From Mobula hypostoma (lineage: Eukaryota): a stretch of DNA of 64,000 nt. How positions within the stretch are numbered: position 1 is the stretch's first letter; the number at the start of each line of letters is the position of its first letter. Of the stretch, positions 25,811 through 39,935 are shown one piece after another. The DNA lies in assembly GCF_963921235.1 (NCBI RefSeq), contig NC_086097.1:31064001-31128000 (forward strand). Reading direction: 5' to 3'. The notes beneath the pieces were generated by a model. It was not told the origin of the DNA and made no database searches. It saw nothing but the letters and a program-made list of their open reading frames with translations. Made by a program: the position numbers and the translations under genes.

Positions 25811-26199
25811 GGAATGATTACCTGGTTACAAGTTCATGGTTGATCTGACTGAAATTTCAATTCTGTATTCCTGCCTATCTGTTATCCTTGAGCCCCACCC
25901 TACAACTTATCAAGATTCTACCCAGCTCTGCTTCAAGAATATTCAAAAGCTCTGACGACATTTTTCTATGAGAAAGAGAGATCACAAACCCTGCCAGAGG
26001 AGGACATGTTTAAGAGGCATTTACATTGGACAAAGCACAGAAGGATATGATCCTAATCTGGGCAAATAGGATGAGTGTCGCTTGGCAAAAGGGTTATCAT
26101 AGACAGGGTGGACTGAAGGGCCTGTGACAAGAGAGTGCAGATACTGGAATCTGGAGCCATAATCAATCTGCTGGAGGAACTCACGAGGGTGAGCAGCAT

Positions 26200-26500
26200 A
26201 TGATAGCATAGTGTAACACTATACAGTGCCAACAATGCAGGTTCGATTCCAGCTGCTGTCTGTCGGGAGTTTGTACATTCTCCCTGTGACCATGTGGGTT
26301 ACCTCCGGGTGCTCCGGTTTCCCCCCATATTCCAAACGCATACAGATTAGAGTTAGAAAGTTGTGGGCATGTTATGTTGACGCGGGAAGCGTGGCGACAC
26401 GTGGGCTGCACTTGGCACAGCTTCGGACGATGCTGGTTGTTGATATAAACAACACATTTCACTGCATGCTTCGATGTACAAGTGACAAATAAAGCTAATC
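26200..26500 (+). mobile_element. V-SINE (HE1-like)
   Basis: B box ggttcgattcc, V domain ctccgggtgctccggtttcc, tail gtgacaaataaagctaatc. Confidence 0.8.
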
Positions 26501-28404
26501 CTTAATTGTCAATGTTTTGGTTCGAGCCTCTGGATTCCCCAACAAATTTACGTTAGATATTTACATTTGTGTCCCTGATTTTGGTACCTTGCAAGTCTAG
26601 GACCAGAGAACACAGCCTCAGTATCTACACTATGCTACCTGTCATTACCATTTGCCACTTTCCAGAGTAAATAATTGCAGATCCCCCAGTCGTTTATCTT
26701 GTTAAATCTCCTGTACACCTTCCCAGTGCGTTTATGCATTATTGCTAAACCGATGCCAGATCCTAGACTACATAGGTAAAAAAAAAAGGTGACAGATTCT
26801 GGAATCTGGAGCTTATAATAAACTGAGAATCAGATTCACAATTATTATCACTGACTTAGATTATGTGTTTTTTTTGTTTTGCAACAGTAGAGCAGTACAA
26901 ATATATAAAATGATCACACAAATAAATAGTGCAAAAAGAAGAAATAATGAGGTAGTGCTCATGGACTGTTCAGAAATCTGATTGTGAAGGGGAAGAAGCT
27001 GTTGTTGAATCATTAAGTGTGGGTCTTCAGGCTCCTGTAACTCCACCATGATGGGGCAATCAGAGGAGGCCATGTCCCAGATCGTGAGGGTCTTTAAAAT
27101 GGATGCCACCTTTTAGAGACACAGCCTCTTGAGGTTGTCCATGATAGTGGGAAGGGTTGTACCGTGATGGAGCCGGCTGAGTTTACAACCCTCTGCAGGT
27201 TTTTCCAATCCTGTGCATTGGAGCCTCCATACCAGGCAGTGATTAAACCAGCCAGAATGCCAAGCAGCATCTATGGAGACCCAGCATCAGCATCTATTGA
27301 CTAAACCTTTGCTTCCACATATGCTGAGTGCTCCACAGAGTTGCTGCAGTGACTTGTTTATTGCCCCTAAGGTAAGGAAGTTACTTAAAGAATCCATCAA
27401 TCGCACAGATTGCTGAACACTTTCTGTAGAAGTACAGAATCTAACAACTGGGAGAAAGATAAAACTGAGGAAGATTAAGTGAAGCCCTACAGCAAGACTG
27501 AATGGTATTATCTCATCATACTGTGCGGTCCCCTTCTCTCTCTGCAGATCAAACCTGCCTCCATGACAGATTCCCTGGAGCACTGAATCAGAACAGCAGG
27601 ATTCCCTGTACATAGTGTGTAACAACCAGCAAACGCTCACAGTCCTGAGGACAGATCCTAAAAGTCTCTCCTTCTGAGAAAAACACTTTCAACTAAATAT
27701 TAGAATCATAGACCATAAGATATAAAATATTCAGCCCATCAAGTCTGCGAGCACAGGAACAGCTTCCTCAACCCATCCAGTCCATGCGAAGCGTGTTATT
27801 CTGCCCAGTCCCACCAACCTGCAACCGGATTGTAGCTTTCCATACCCCTCCCATCCATGTATTTACCCAAACTTCTCCTACATTTTGCAGTAGAACCTGC
27901 AGCCACCACTTCTTTCTGACAGCTCGTTCCACACTCGCACCACCCTCTGAGTAAAGAAGCTCCCCCTCTGGTTCCCCTTATCCAAATGTTTCCAATAGTG
28001 GAAGAGTCCAGGACCAGTGGGTACAGCCTCTGAATACAAGTGCAGGCCTTCAGAACTGAGTTGAAGAGGAATTTCTTTAGCTGGAGGGTAGTGAATCGGT
28101 GGAGCTGTGAAGCCCAAGTCATAAAGTATATTTAAAGCAGAGGACAGGTTCTTGATTAGTAAGGGCGTCAAAGGAAAAGGCAGGAGAATGGGGTTGAGAG
28201 GGAAAATAAATCAGCCATGATGGAATGGCAGAGCAGGCTCAATGGCATAATTCAGCTCCTACGTCTTCTGCCTAATGGATTCAGGACCACGTCTAGTAAG
28301 TTACTGAGTGATATAAACTGAAAGAGTCCCAGCTTGAGTCCCAGTCTCCACAGGGTTCTATTTCAACCTTGGATAATAGATATAGTGTTATTATTAGTTT
28401 CTGG

Positions 28405-28545
28405 ACGTTTGCAAAAGAGCCTTTCAAAACTGCAGGACATCCCAACGGGTTTTACAGACTGTGACGCATTTTGGAAATGCAGTTAATCACTCCTTTAGGA
28501 ACAACTGCAGTCAGTTTATTCAGAGCAAATTCCTGCAAGCAGCTG
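28405..28545 (-). mobile_element. Ancient Deu-SINE (SacSINE1/AmnSINE1-like) 3' relic
   Basis: gcctttca...caggacatcccaa...ttttacag...gcagtcagttt...agcaaattcctgcaagcagc aligns by eye to the recalled Deu-SINE tail. Confidence 0.45.
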
Positions 28546-29589
28546 GAGACACAAGAGACTGCAGATTATGGAACCAATCAGATGAATGGGCTAGGGCCCA
28601 AAGCTCCGACCGTCCATTTCCTTCCACAGATACTGCCTGACTTGCTAAGTTCCTCCAGCATTTTATGTGCGCTGTTGAAGATTTTCACCGTTTGCAGAAT
28701 TTCTTGTGTTTCTGCAGAGGGTGGAAAACGCTGCACATATTGGTATTGTGGAACCTGTAAAAAGCAGGTACAGATTTGACAGCTGTCTATTCCATTGGCA
28801 CGTAGAATTACAATGGATTTACAGCAGTGAAACAGACCATGATGATGCTCCGCAGGCGATCTTCTCCAATTTATGTCATCTCACTCTCAGTAATCCTTCT
28901 ATTTTTGTGTATATCCAGTTTCCTCCCAAACCAATCTATGTTATTTTTCATAAAGGTCTCCATGATCAACCATTCCAGTTAGTAATGCATTGTGAACACT
29001 CTAGTCCACTACATATTATTCTGTTTACATTGCAAATACATGATGATATAAATGTATTTATGCACATTTATTCAATATCTGTACTTTAATCTCTAACTTC
29101 CAATTTTTTGTATAATTCCTTCTACTTTATCATCGTTGAAGGTTGTCTTTTGTTGCATGTTGTGCCCTGACCAACACACCACAGTAAATCCCTAATACAT
29201 GTAAATGTATATGGCGAATAAAGTTGATCCTTGATGTAATCTCCTTGACTTACTCTGGGAAAGAAGTTACAGAAAGTTGTAAAATTAGTCAGCTCAATCA
29301 TGGGTACTAGCCTCCGTAGTATCCAGGACATCTTCAAGGAGCGGTGTCCATTATTAAGGAACCTCATCAGCCAGGACATGCCCTCTCCTCACTGTTACTG
29401 TCAGGAAGGAGGTACAGAAGCTTGAAGGCACACATTCAGCAATTCAGGAACAGCTTCTACCCCTCTGCCATATGATTCTGAAATGGCCACTGAACCCACA
29501 ACCACCACCTCACTTTTTAAAAAACATATTATTTCTGTTTTGCACTATTTTTAAATATAACTATTTAATATACATATGCATACTGAACA

Positions 29590-30420
29590 CGAAGGGCAGA
29601 GCTTAGGATGATGGCACCTAACGGTGACTCCTTTTCTTGCATCTTCGGAAACAGTTCTATTTCTACCTTTAATATCTCTCTTTTTCCTTTTCAGGGTTCT
29701 TCTGAAGACCCTGACCTGGAGATACACACTGACTTCGGTTCTTTGTGGGAATGGGACCCGCTCTCAGAGCCTCACGACCTGCCGCTTTTCAATATGCCAA
29801 GGACGCGGCCTGAAAGACTAGTGTGCCGTCAGGGTGCTGGACTTTTGTGGCTCTGGAGATGGGCGGATTCGAGGTCTGTGCTGCTGCAGAAAACTGGTGT
29901 GTCATAGGAGTACATGGAAGATCGAAAGCAGCGAGCTGGCTGCTGGCTGCGTGCCCAGGGAACCGAGTTCTTTCAGCACAGAGCTCGGAAAAAGTGATAC
30001 AACAGACTTTTAACACCATAAATTGGCAAGTTGTTTTGTTATGTCTCTCCTCGCGCTGTGAAATGGGGACACCCCTTTTTCCCTTATTAGGGACAGAGCG
30101 AGCCTGTGGTATGTCAAATTACCAGGTGAACGAATAGTCTTTGGGGTACTGCAAGTCTGTGTCTTTATTGATGCTTTGCTGCACGCTTGAGTGCTCGGTG
30201 GAGGGTGCAGATGCTTTTTTGCTGGTGGGGGGGGTCATCACTTTACTGCTGTTTATGCATAGGGGAGCTGGGGGGGTTTTGGGGTTCTAACATTTAACCA
30301 TCATTTATTCTTTGGTGAACTCCTCTGCTTTTCGTGGATGATTGCGAAGAAAAAGAATTTCAGGATGTATATTATATACAATTCTCTGACATTAAATGTA
30401 CCAATTGAAACCTATTGAAC
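29590..30420 (+). mobile_element. Non-coding CpG-rich ~0.8 kb retroposon nested in a Rex-like tail
   Basis: gatgatggc head; ends cattaaatgtaccaattgaaacctattgaac; Rex tail resumes at about 30421. Confidence 0.55.
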
Positions 30421-30552
30421 TTCTTGTAATTGATTCACTTACTTTTTTCTTTTTATATTATCATGTATTACATTGAACTGCTGCTGTTAAGTTAATAAAT
30501 TTCACGACACACGCCAATGATAATAAACCTGATTCTGATTCAAGAATAACTA

Positions 30553-31244
30553 CAGGTGTCCCCCGCTTTTCGAATGTTCACTTTACAAAACCTCACTGTT
30601 ACGAAAGACCTACATTAGTACCCTGTTTTCGCTAACAGAAGGTGTTTTCACTGTTACGAAAAAAGCAGTGCGCAAAAAAACCAGCGCGCGATAAAAGGCA
30701 GCGCGCGCCCCAAGCAGCCGCTCTCCCCCGGATTTATAACTGCAATCTCCCCGGCATTGCTTAAACACGTGCCCGTGAGCAGACCATCAGTGTGCTCTGT
30801 GCTTTCCCGATTCCGGTAAGTGATACTACACTGTACATACATTATTTCTACTTTATATCGGCTGTGTATTTTTACATGTTATTTGGTATGATTTGCAGCT
30901 TCATAGCTTAAAGGTTACTGGAGAGCGCTTGCGCTGTGTTTTTGCCGACGGCGCTTGTGTGAGATTTTCGCTACGGAGAACAGTTCAGGCAATGATTGTG
31001 GAAAAGAATTTCTACTTTATATAAGCTGTGTATTTATCATATCATTCCTGCTTTTACTATATGTTACTGTTATTTTAGGTTTTATGTGTTATTTGGCATG
31101 ATTTGGTAGGTTATTTTTGGGTCTGCAAACGCTCACAAAATTTTCCCATATAAATAAATGGTAATTGCTTCTTCGCTTTACGACATTCTGGCTTACGAAC
31201 CGTTTCATAGGAATGCTCCACCTTCGGATGGCGGGGGAAATCTG
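30553..31244. mobile_element. Tigger-family MITE, 692 bp, TA target duplication
   Basis: TA|CAGGTGTCCCCCGC ... GCGGGGGAAATCTG|TA imperfect TIRs; collinear (inverted) with both ends of 10871-12143. Confidence 0.88.
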
Positions 31245-33334
31245 TAACTTATTTATTTGGCTCTTAGTTTTGGAATCTCTAAGGGTAAAACATTCCCATC
31301 AAGAAGGGAGCTCACTGCCTCCTTCTTGAGGGCAATTAGAGATGGGTAATTAAATGTTGACTCAACCTGTGAAGCCCACTTCCTTGAATAAAGTGAATAA
31401 AAAGGATACCTTACCAAACTTTTCAAAGATCTAAATTCCCTGAACTTTTCTGATCAGCTTAAATTCTCTGTTCTGCAACCACTCTAAGAAGGCTCTTTCT
31501 TAGCCTACTCCAGTCTCAGATTCTTTCTGTAACATGAAGAGAACTACGCTACAGTACAGCAGTGGGATCTGGCTCACGTTCAACAATAAACCAAACTGAC
31601 CAGCTATATTATGAGAGAAGATTGAGAGATGATGTTGTACCAAACCAGACAGTATGAGCTGATTTAGTATACCATCCTCTCACAGACAGACCACCACCAC
31701 AGCAAGCTGGCAGGTCAGTAGAAAAGATCATTGGCTGCAGTCTACCATCACTGCAGGACTTGCATGTGTCTGACACAAAGAAGTGGGCAGGAAAAATCAT
31801 TGGAGACAATGCCCACTTTGCAAAAATGCATTTTCCAAAAGCTCCCTTCTGGAAAGCGCTAGAGGGTTTTTAAAACAAGTTTCTTCTCCCTGGCAGTCAA
31901 TCTGATGAACCATTCTTGTTGGACTCCCCACCTACACATGTATTACCCCCATCACTGCACTGCACTGCACCATAAACCACTTTTTATAATGCTGTTTACA
32001 TTGTAAATACATCACTGGTATTTATGCACGTTTTATTCCATATCCATACTTTAACCTCTAACCTTATTTTTATATAATTCTTTATTCTTTATAATTGCTA
32101 AATTATGTTGTTTTTTTGTTGCATGTTGTGCCCTGACCAACACAGGTAACTGTATATGGCGAATAAAGTTGATCCTTGATCCTAATAATGGCTTAGTGTG
32201 CTGGATTAATTATTAAACCCTAATCACTACATTTTAGCAACATTATGACCAACTTGATCACTTTGCATTAAATGGACCATGCTTTTTTTGTTCTAGTTGT
32301 GTTTTTTTTCTTGTAAAATTTGCCGTAATTTAAGTTTAGAGTTGTGAAGCATTGCAGCACAGAAACAGGCCTTTTGGCTCATCTAGTCCTTACTGGACTG
32401 TTAATTTGCCTCATCCCATCAACCCACACCTTCAGCATGGCCCTCCATTCCTCCCATTCATGTACCTATCCAAATTTCTCTAAATGTTGTAAAAGAACCT
32501 GCATCCATCACTGCCGCTGGCAGTTCATTCCACACTTGCAACACCCTCTGAGTGAAGAAGTCCCCCCAATGTTCCCCTTCAATATTTCGCCTTTCACACC
32601 TACCCTATGACTTACTTAATTTGTGTTTGCTTGTGAATGTCTGTGCTGCTGTTTTTCACTGTTTCTTGGTACATGTGACAATAATAAACCAGAATAAAAG
32701 TTATGAGAGTGAGCAAGGGAGAGAATGAAAATTTCTATGAATGTGATCATATGATAGGGGAAAGAAAGTGGAGACAGTGCCTGTGGGAAAAAAATACAAG
32801 AGGCACAGATCAGATGGATAGTAACAATCTTTTTCCCAGGTGAGGGGAACCCAAAACTAAAGGGCAGAGCTTTAAGGTAAGTCTAAGAGGCAACTCTGTC
32901 ACACACAGGGTGGTGAGTATATGGAACGAGCTGCCAGAGGAAGTGGCTGATGCAGGTAAAATAGGTACATGGATGTGTGGGGCTTAGAAGGATATGGGCT
33001 GAATGCAGGAAATTGGGATGAAACAGGTGGGACACCATGGACTAGTTGGTATGAGGGGCCTGTATCTACGCTGTATTGTTCTATGGCTCTAATCACAAAG
33101 TTTGACAGATAGAAGACAGGATTCAAAAGAATAAAACTGTCCTAATGAGGTTCAGAAAGCTGTAGCGTGAACAGAGAGAAATGTCACAATGACTGTGTCA
33201 GTCCCATCCCAGATTTCACAATGCTGATAAATGCTGACTTTTATTGCCTTGTATTTGGTGAACAACACACCCATTCTCAGGGCTGAGTAATCCTCCAAAC
33301 CTAGGGAACAGGGATGTGGAGGAGTTAGAGGTCG

Positions 33335-33584
33335 ATGCTCAAAATCCAGCAATGTGGACGAGTGATGAAAGACCTCTGCAGTCCAGGCCTCTGCTCTGTG
33401 CTCAAAGACCAGCGACATGGTTCGGTGACAAAAGATATTTGCAGTCCAGGCCTCTGCTCTGTGCTCAAAGACCAGCTACGTGGTTGGGTGACAAAGGACA
33501 TCTGCACTCCGGGTCTTTGCTCTGTGCTGAAACATCAGCTACGTGGTTGGGTGACAAAAGATATTTGCAGTCCAGGCCTCTGCT
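33335..33584. repeat. 63-bp minisatellite, about 4 units
   Basis: tgca(g/c)tcc recurs at 33377, 33440, 33503 and 33566 (period 63). Confidence 0.92.
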
Positions 33585-34194
33585 TGAAGGTCAGCAAACA
33601 GTAGTCTGTGCAACAGGAGCCATGAGGAGGCACGATTTACTGATTTGTTTTGTTGTCTGTTGTGTTCTCTTTTGTTCTGTTCTATGTCGTTCATTGTGGG
33701 CACACTATGATGGCGCTGGAATGTGTGGCGACACTTTTGGACTGTCCCCAGCACACCCTTGGGTGTTGGTTGTCGATGCAAAGGAAGTCATCCATTGTAT
33801 GTTCTGACGTACTGTACACGTAATAAATAAATCTGAATCTGAATCCAGTCTGATCTGAATCAGGAGTCCATGGACGAAGTGGGTGCATCTACATGCTTCT
33901 AATTATTTAATGAAACAGAAATACCTGAACATACGAAAAGCTGGAGGAACTGAATGGGTCAGGCAGCATCTACGGAGAGCAGTGGACAGGGCTAAAAGCA
34001 TTGACTGCCTATTTCCCATAACAGGTGCTGCCTGACTCAGTGAGCTCCTCCATAACTTTGTGTGTCACTTAATATTTCTAGCATCTGCAGTCTTGTATGC
34101 CTGCACTCAACCTTACCACTGTTCACTATTCATGGGGTCTCACTGTGTCCCAGATGTTTATCACGTCCACCAGGATACATTACTGCTCTCCGCA

Positions 34195-35040
34195 AATGAC
34201 AAATAATTGGGGGTGTAGTGGACAGTGAGGAAGGCTATCAAAGCATGCAGCAGGATCTCACCCAACTAGAAAAAATGGGCTGAGAAATGGCAGATAGAAC
34301 TTAATGAAGACAAGTATGAGGTGTTGCACTTCAGGAGGACAAGCCAAGGTAAGACTTACACAGTGAATGGAAGGGCACTGAGGAGACAGCAGAACAGAAT
34401 ACAGATTCAAGATTCTTTGAAAGTACTGACGCAGGTAATTATGATGGGATCATAAAGGCACAATGGCCTTCATAAATCAAAGTACTGAGTATAGAAGTTG
34501 GAATGTTACATCAGAGTTGTATAAGATGTCGGTGAGGCCTAATTTGGAGTACTGTGTGCAGTTCTGGTCACCTACGTACAAGAAACATACCAATAAGATT
34601 GAAAGAGTACAGAGAAAATTTACAAGGATGTTGCCAGGACTTGAGGACCTGAGTTACTCGCTGAAGTGTTGGAGAATGAAGGGAGATTTGATGATGCATA
34701 CAAAATTATGAGGGGTATAGATTGGGTAAATGTGAGCAGGTTTTTTCCACTGAAGTTTGGTGAGACTAGAATTAGAGGTTACAGGTTAAGGGTGAAAGGT
34801 GAAATATTTAAGAGGAGCCTGAGGGGAATCTTCTTCACTCAGAAGATTAAAACAAATTCCCAGTGGAACTGGTATATGCGGGTTCTATCTCAACATTTAA
34901 GAAAGGTTTGAATAGGAACATGGATGGAAGTGATATGGAGGGCTATAGTCTCAGTGTGGATCGATGGAACGAGAGAGAACAACAGTTCTGCATTGACCAG
35001 ATGGGCCAAAGGGCCTATTTCTGTGTTGCAGTGCTCTATG
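34195..35040 (+). mobile_element. CR1 LINE 3' fragment
   Basis: VRPNLEYCVQFWSPTYKK...IERVQRKFTRMLPGLEDLSY. Confidence 0.88.
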
Positions 35041-35914
35041 AGTGAGTGAAGTGCTCTGAAGCAGCAGAGGCACCTAGTAACGCTGTATAAGCCTATCCTC
35101 TGGTATCTGATACAACCACCCATCAGAAGTTTAATACAATTACATAAATAAAAAAGTATAGATAATTTAAAACAGGAAGTGAATATGAATGGTAACCCTA
35201 TCCTGAGGATCGGGTGACTTAACAAAAACATTGAGACCTGCCTTGGGGAGGCTAATGGCATCATTGAAGCCCCCGACTAAGTCACAGAGGTAGGATTGCC
35301 ATGTACAATTATCCTCCATTATTCTCCACTGTCATTTAAAATTCCAGTCGGTGTATGATGTAAGTGGCATCTTGAAAGCATGTGGATTACCATCTGGTGA
35401 TGGGCACCTTAGGCTTAGGGATGAAACCAAAGTGTTTGGATTTTGATGTGATCGTTACTAATGGATCAGATTTCCACACTGACAGGATAGTGCCGCAGGG
35501 CACAGGTAAAGCTCCAGTCGAACACCGAGAGTTCATTCACTGCTCTGTTTGCCACTGAGCTCTCGTGTTATATAATTAAAGCTGTCGATGAGAAGCATGC
35601 AGGCACCTCTTTGCTGCTCTGCATCACAAGAGCAACATTTAAAATCCTGAGGAATGGGGAGTTTCTAATTAGCATGCAGGTCTGTGCAGTCAAGAGCAAG
35701 TGGGAGAACGTGTGTAAGTGTTAATGGGTTAGGGTTCTGATATGATCAATATCACCTTCAACCATGTATGAGCATGGCAGTTGGATGGCACATTTCCTCC
35801 TGGGAGGATCAGCTTCTCCAAGGAACAAGATCTCGTTTAAAACTACATAAAAACCACAGCACTGGAAGAGGGTGTTGGACTCATGGGTTTACGGCAGTCG
35901 ACTTTTTTTCTCTC

Positions 35915-36470
35915 CATTAAAGCTATACTTCGTTAGGAGTTTGAGGAGATTTGGCATGTCACCAACGACTCTACTAATTTCTACAGATGTACCACGGAGA
36001 GCATTCCGACTGGTCGCATCACCACCTGGTTTGGTTGCACCAACGCATGGGATTGGAAAAATCTGCAGAGGGTAGCAGACACAGCCAGCTCCATCACGGG
36101 CACTAGCCTCTTCACATCGAGGACTTCTTCAAAAGGAGATGTCTCAGAAAGGTGGTATCCATTATTCAGGACCCTCACTACCCAGGACATGTCCTCTTCT
36201 TCTTACTACCGTCAGGCAGGAGGTACAGGAGCCAGAAGACACACATTCAATGTTTTAGGTACAGCTTCTTCTGTTCCACCATCAGATGTCTGAAGGGTCC
36301 ATAAACCCATGAAGAACACCTCATAATTCTCATCTCTTTTTGTACTAATTTATTTTTTGTATTTCTTATTGTAACTTGTAGTAACTTTTTATGGATTACA
36401 CTGTGCTGCTGCTGCAAAACAAATACATTCCATGGCATATTTCAGCGATAACAGACCTGATTCTGATTCT
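35915..36470 (+). mobile_element. Rex1/Babar-like LINE 3' end
   Basis: LYFVRSLRRFGMSPTTL..FYRC; tail cctgattctgattctga. Confidence 0.85.
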
Positions 36471-36974
36471 GAAACCTTCCTTCAATACCCACTTGTCCCA
36501 CACAATTATCGTGACAAAAACTGTACACTGTACTCTAAGGACTGCCTCTGCAATCACATATACAACTGCAACATAAACTTACCACTGGAAGTCTCTCTGC
36601 CATTCACCACAGCCACTCTCTATGTGAGCAAGTTTCACACTCTGTCCACTCTTTGGGCAATCAAGTCTCAACTGCTCTCCTCAGTTTGGTGTGAGGAAAC
36701 CTCAGAGTTCAAAGTTGGAGGTAAATGTATTATCAAAGTACATATATGTCACCTTATACAAATGTAAGATTCAATTTCTTGTAGCATTCACATTAAATAC
36801 AAGAAACACAAGAGAAACAATGAAAGACTGTACACAACAGAATGGACAAACAACCAATGTGCAAAAGACAACAAACTGCAAATTCAAAAAGAAAGAAAAA
36901 ATAATAATAATAAACAAACAATAAATATCAAGACCATGAGATGAAGAAGGTGTAGGATGTGTTGGCACTTATTA

Positions 36975-37520
36975 GTTGGGGAATTGAGTTCAAGAGCCGC
37001 AAGGTCATGTTTCAACTCTATAAAACTCTGGTTAGGTCACACTGAGTTTTGTGTTCAATTCTGGTCAGCTCATTATAGGAAGGATGTGGAATCATTAGAG
37101 AGAGGGCAGAGGAGATTTACCAGGCTGCTGTCTGGATTAGAAAGCATGCCTTATGAGGATAGACTGAGTGAGCTAGGGTTTTTCTCTTTGGCGCCAAGTA
37201 AGATCAGAGGTGACTTGATAGGTGATAAGAGGCACTGATAAAGTGGTTAACCAGACTTTTCTCCCAGGGCAGAAATGGCTAATATGAAGGGGCATCATTT
37301 TAAGATGATCGGAGGAAAATATAGGCGGCTATCAGAAGTAGTTTTTTTTTACAGAGAGTGGTGGGTGCTGTCGGGGGTGGTGATCGAGGCAGATACATCT
37401 GGAGCATTCAAGAAACTCTTAGGTAAGACACATGGTGATAGAGTGATAGATAAATGGGAAGGGTTAGATTGATCTGAAGAGTATGTAAGTAGATCAGAAC
37501 AACATTGTGGGCTGAAGGAC
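36975..37520 (+). mobile_element. CR1 LINE 3' fragment
   Basis: EFCVQFWSAHYRKDVESLERGQRRFTRLL. Confidence 0.85.
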
Positions 37521-38259
37521 TGTAGTATTCTATGTTCTACAGTGATTGCATCTGACTTGAATTTAGTTGCATTTTTTTACTGAAGGAATAAAAACAGATA
37601 ACTAAGACAATGTGCATTAAATGTCACTGGTAACTGCTTTATGGGAAAAAGACAGACAGGAGGCAGGAAAGAGAAGAATATACGGGGGCGGAATCTAAAT
37701 GTACTTTGCACAGAAGAGTACTGACTCACTCAGACACAACCCACTCAAATGCCAAATAGGAATGAATTATCCTCTTCCACCTCCTTGTTCGGGAGCTGAC
37801 CAGACACAGGTATACCCAGTCTTACACCTACTCCAGCAGTCTGTTGGTAAGCCCTAACATAAGCTGAACCTGCCTCCATTACAAGCAGCAGTTGGGCTTT
37901 ACATTTCAACGCAGTCCATCTATGTTCTCACAATTTCTGAGCAGTGTTGGTTTGCGGTTCGAAGGGTCTGAATTGGTTTTCTGCTCTCCATTCCCAAATG
38001 TGAAAGAGAGAACAGATTATGATTAGAGTAACACACATAAAATGCTGGAGGAACTCAGCAGGTCAGACAGCATCACAGGAGAGAAATAAAGTTGTCGTTT
38101 CTGGCTGAGACCCTTCATCACAATTCTGATCAGCACCCAAAATCTCGGCTCTTTATTCCTTTCCATAGATGCTTCCAAATCTGCTGAGTTCCTCTACCAT
38201 TCTTTGTGTGTTACACTGGATTTCAAGCATCTGCAGCACCTGTTGTATTAAAGATAAAG

Positions 38260-38582
38260 ATTACCTTTATTTGTCACATGCACATCGAAATGTCGAATAT
38301 ACACTGAAACGCTCCTTTTACGTCAATGACCAGCACAGTCCAAAGATGTGCTGGGGACAGCCCGCAAGTGTCACCATGCTTCTGATGCTAACATAGCATG
38401 TCCTGAACTTACTAACCCAAATTTGTACATCTCTGGAATGTGGGAGGAAACCGGAGTGCCTGGAAGAAACCAACACGGTCACGGGGAGAAACGTACAAAC
38501 TCCTGATAGACAGTGGTGTGAATTGAACCCTGAATGGCGGTTGCTGGCACTGTAAAGGGTTGCACTATCCACTATGCTACCA
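38260..38582 (-). mobile_element. V-SINE (HE1-like)
   Basis: Reverse complement of SINE: ggaatgtgggaggaaaccggag...aattgaaccc...ctatgctacc. Confidence 0.8.
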
Positions 38583-39935
38583 TGTCATCCTCAAGGGCAA
38601 GAGTTTGAATTTATCAAGGCCTGAAGGTCAACCAGAAGTCTAAACCTGATAGCTGATGGCTACAACCCTGGATCTACAAGCCTGAGAGTCCACCTGGGAA
38701 GTCGGAGGCTCCTAGTCTGCAAGTCCTCTGGGAGGCTGCCAGTCCTGGAGTTGGAGGACTCTGTGTTTGAGTGGGTGCGTGGGAAGAAGGGAAGGGGCTG
38801 TTGTTGAACACTATCTACTTTGCTGTCTTTTTGCAAAACTTATTTAATTTTAAAGTTTTATATATATTTTTATTTGTAATTTATAATATTTTTTATGAAC
38901 TGCAAATGGACTACTTCTGCAAAAGAACAAGTTTCACAACATACGTCAGTGATAACAAACCTGTTTCTGGATTAGGCACACAGAATATAAACTGAGTCTA
39001 CAATTGCCTGACTCAGCTGGCCACAATGTTTATGGTTATTCTTAGAAGTGAAATATTGATAGCAAAGGAACAAAACATTTCTGTGTACCATGACCCTGTC
39101 CTCTCGCTCCCACACTGAGTCACAGGTTGCTTGGTATGGATCATGTCTTAACTCAGTTTTCATCATGATCAGCACAATCTCACTGAGTCAGAAGCTTGTG
39201 AGCCCAAGTCACAATGTGAAAAACACGTGCTGAACCCAGTGTAGTGACTAGGCAATGTCTGGGCTGTCAGCTTTGGGATAAACCAAGGCTAGAGGCCCAG
39301 AGGCAGACTGTCATGTGGTTGGAAGACTGACTGTGTGTGTGAGTAGATTGGTGTTGAGTTGCTGTTTTGCTGCTTGTCGTGTTCTGTTGTTGCTCTGCCG
39401 AGCATGTTGAGCATATGATGCTAGCACTGTACCGTATGGTGACACTTACAGGCTGACCCCAGCACATTACAGAGGCATCAGATAAACAGTATTCACAGCT
39501 AACAACTAAATTAATCATAATTGACATACAGTTTCTACAAGAAGAACACAATTAGAACAAAAAGAACAAAGTCTATTTTGGTGCAAAGAGATCAAAGTGG
39601 TCAGAGTGTTGCTATACTAAGATGGGGATTAGGGTTCTGCCAGCTGGTTAGAGAACCGAATGGTTGAAGGGAAGGTAGCTGTTCCTTCAACCACTCAGTT
39701 CTTCAACCAACTGGTAAAACCCTCATCACAACCTCAGTATAGCAACACGACCACCACTTTGCATTACAGTTGTTCTAAATGCATTCTTTCTAGCATAATT
39801 TAATATAATTTAGGTTTTACGCTTTTCTTGTGAGTGTTGCTTATAGGAAGCCATGTACCTGTGGTGCGGCTGCAAGTAAGTTTTACATGGCATCAGCGCA
39901 AACGTGTCCTTGTGCATATGCCATTAAAATGGAGC

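Noticed and set aside
33335..33584. Regularly spaced repeats resembling a CRISPR array
   Set aside because: Whole 63-bp units repeat with no unique spacers; eukaryotic context and no cas genes
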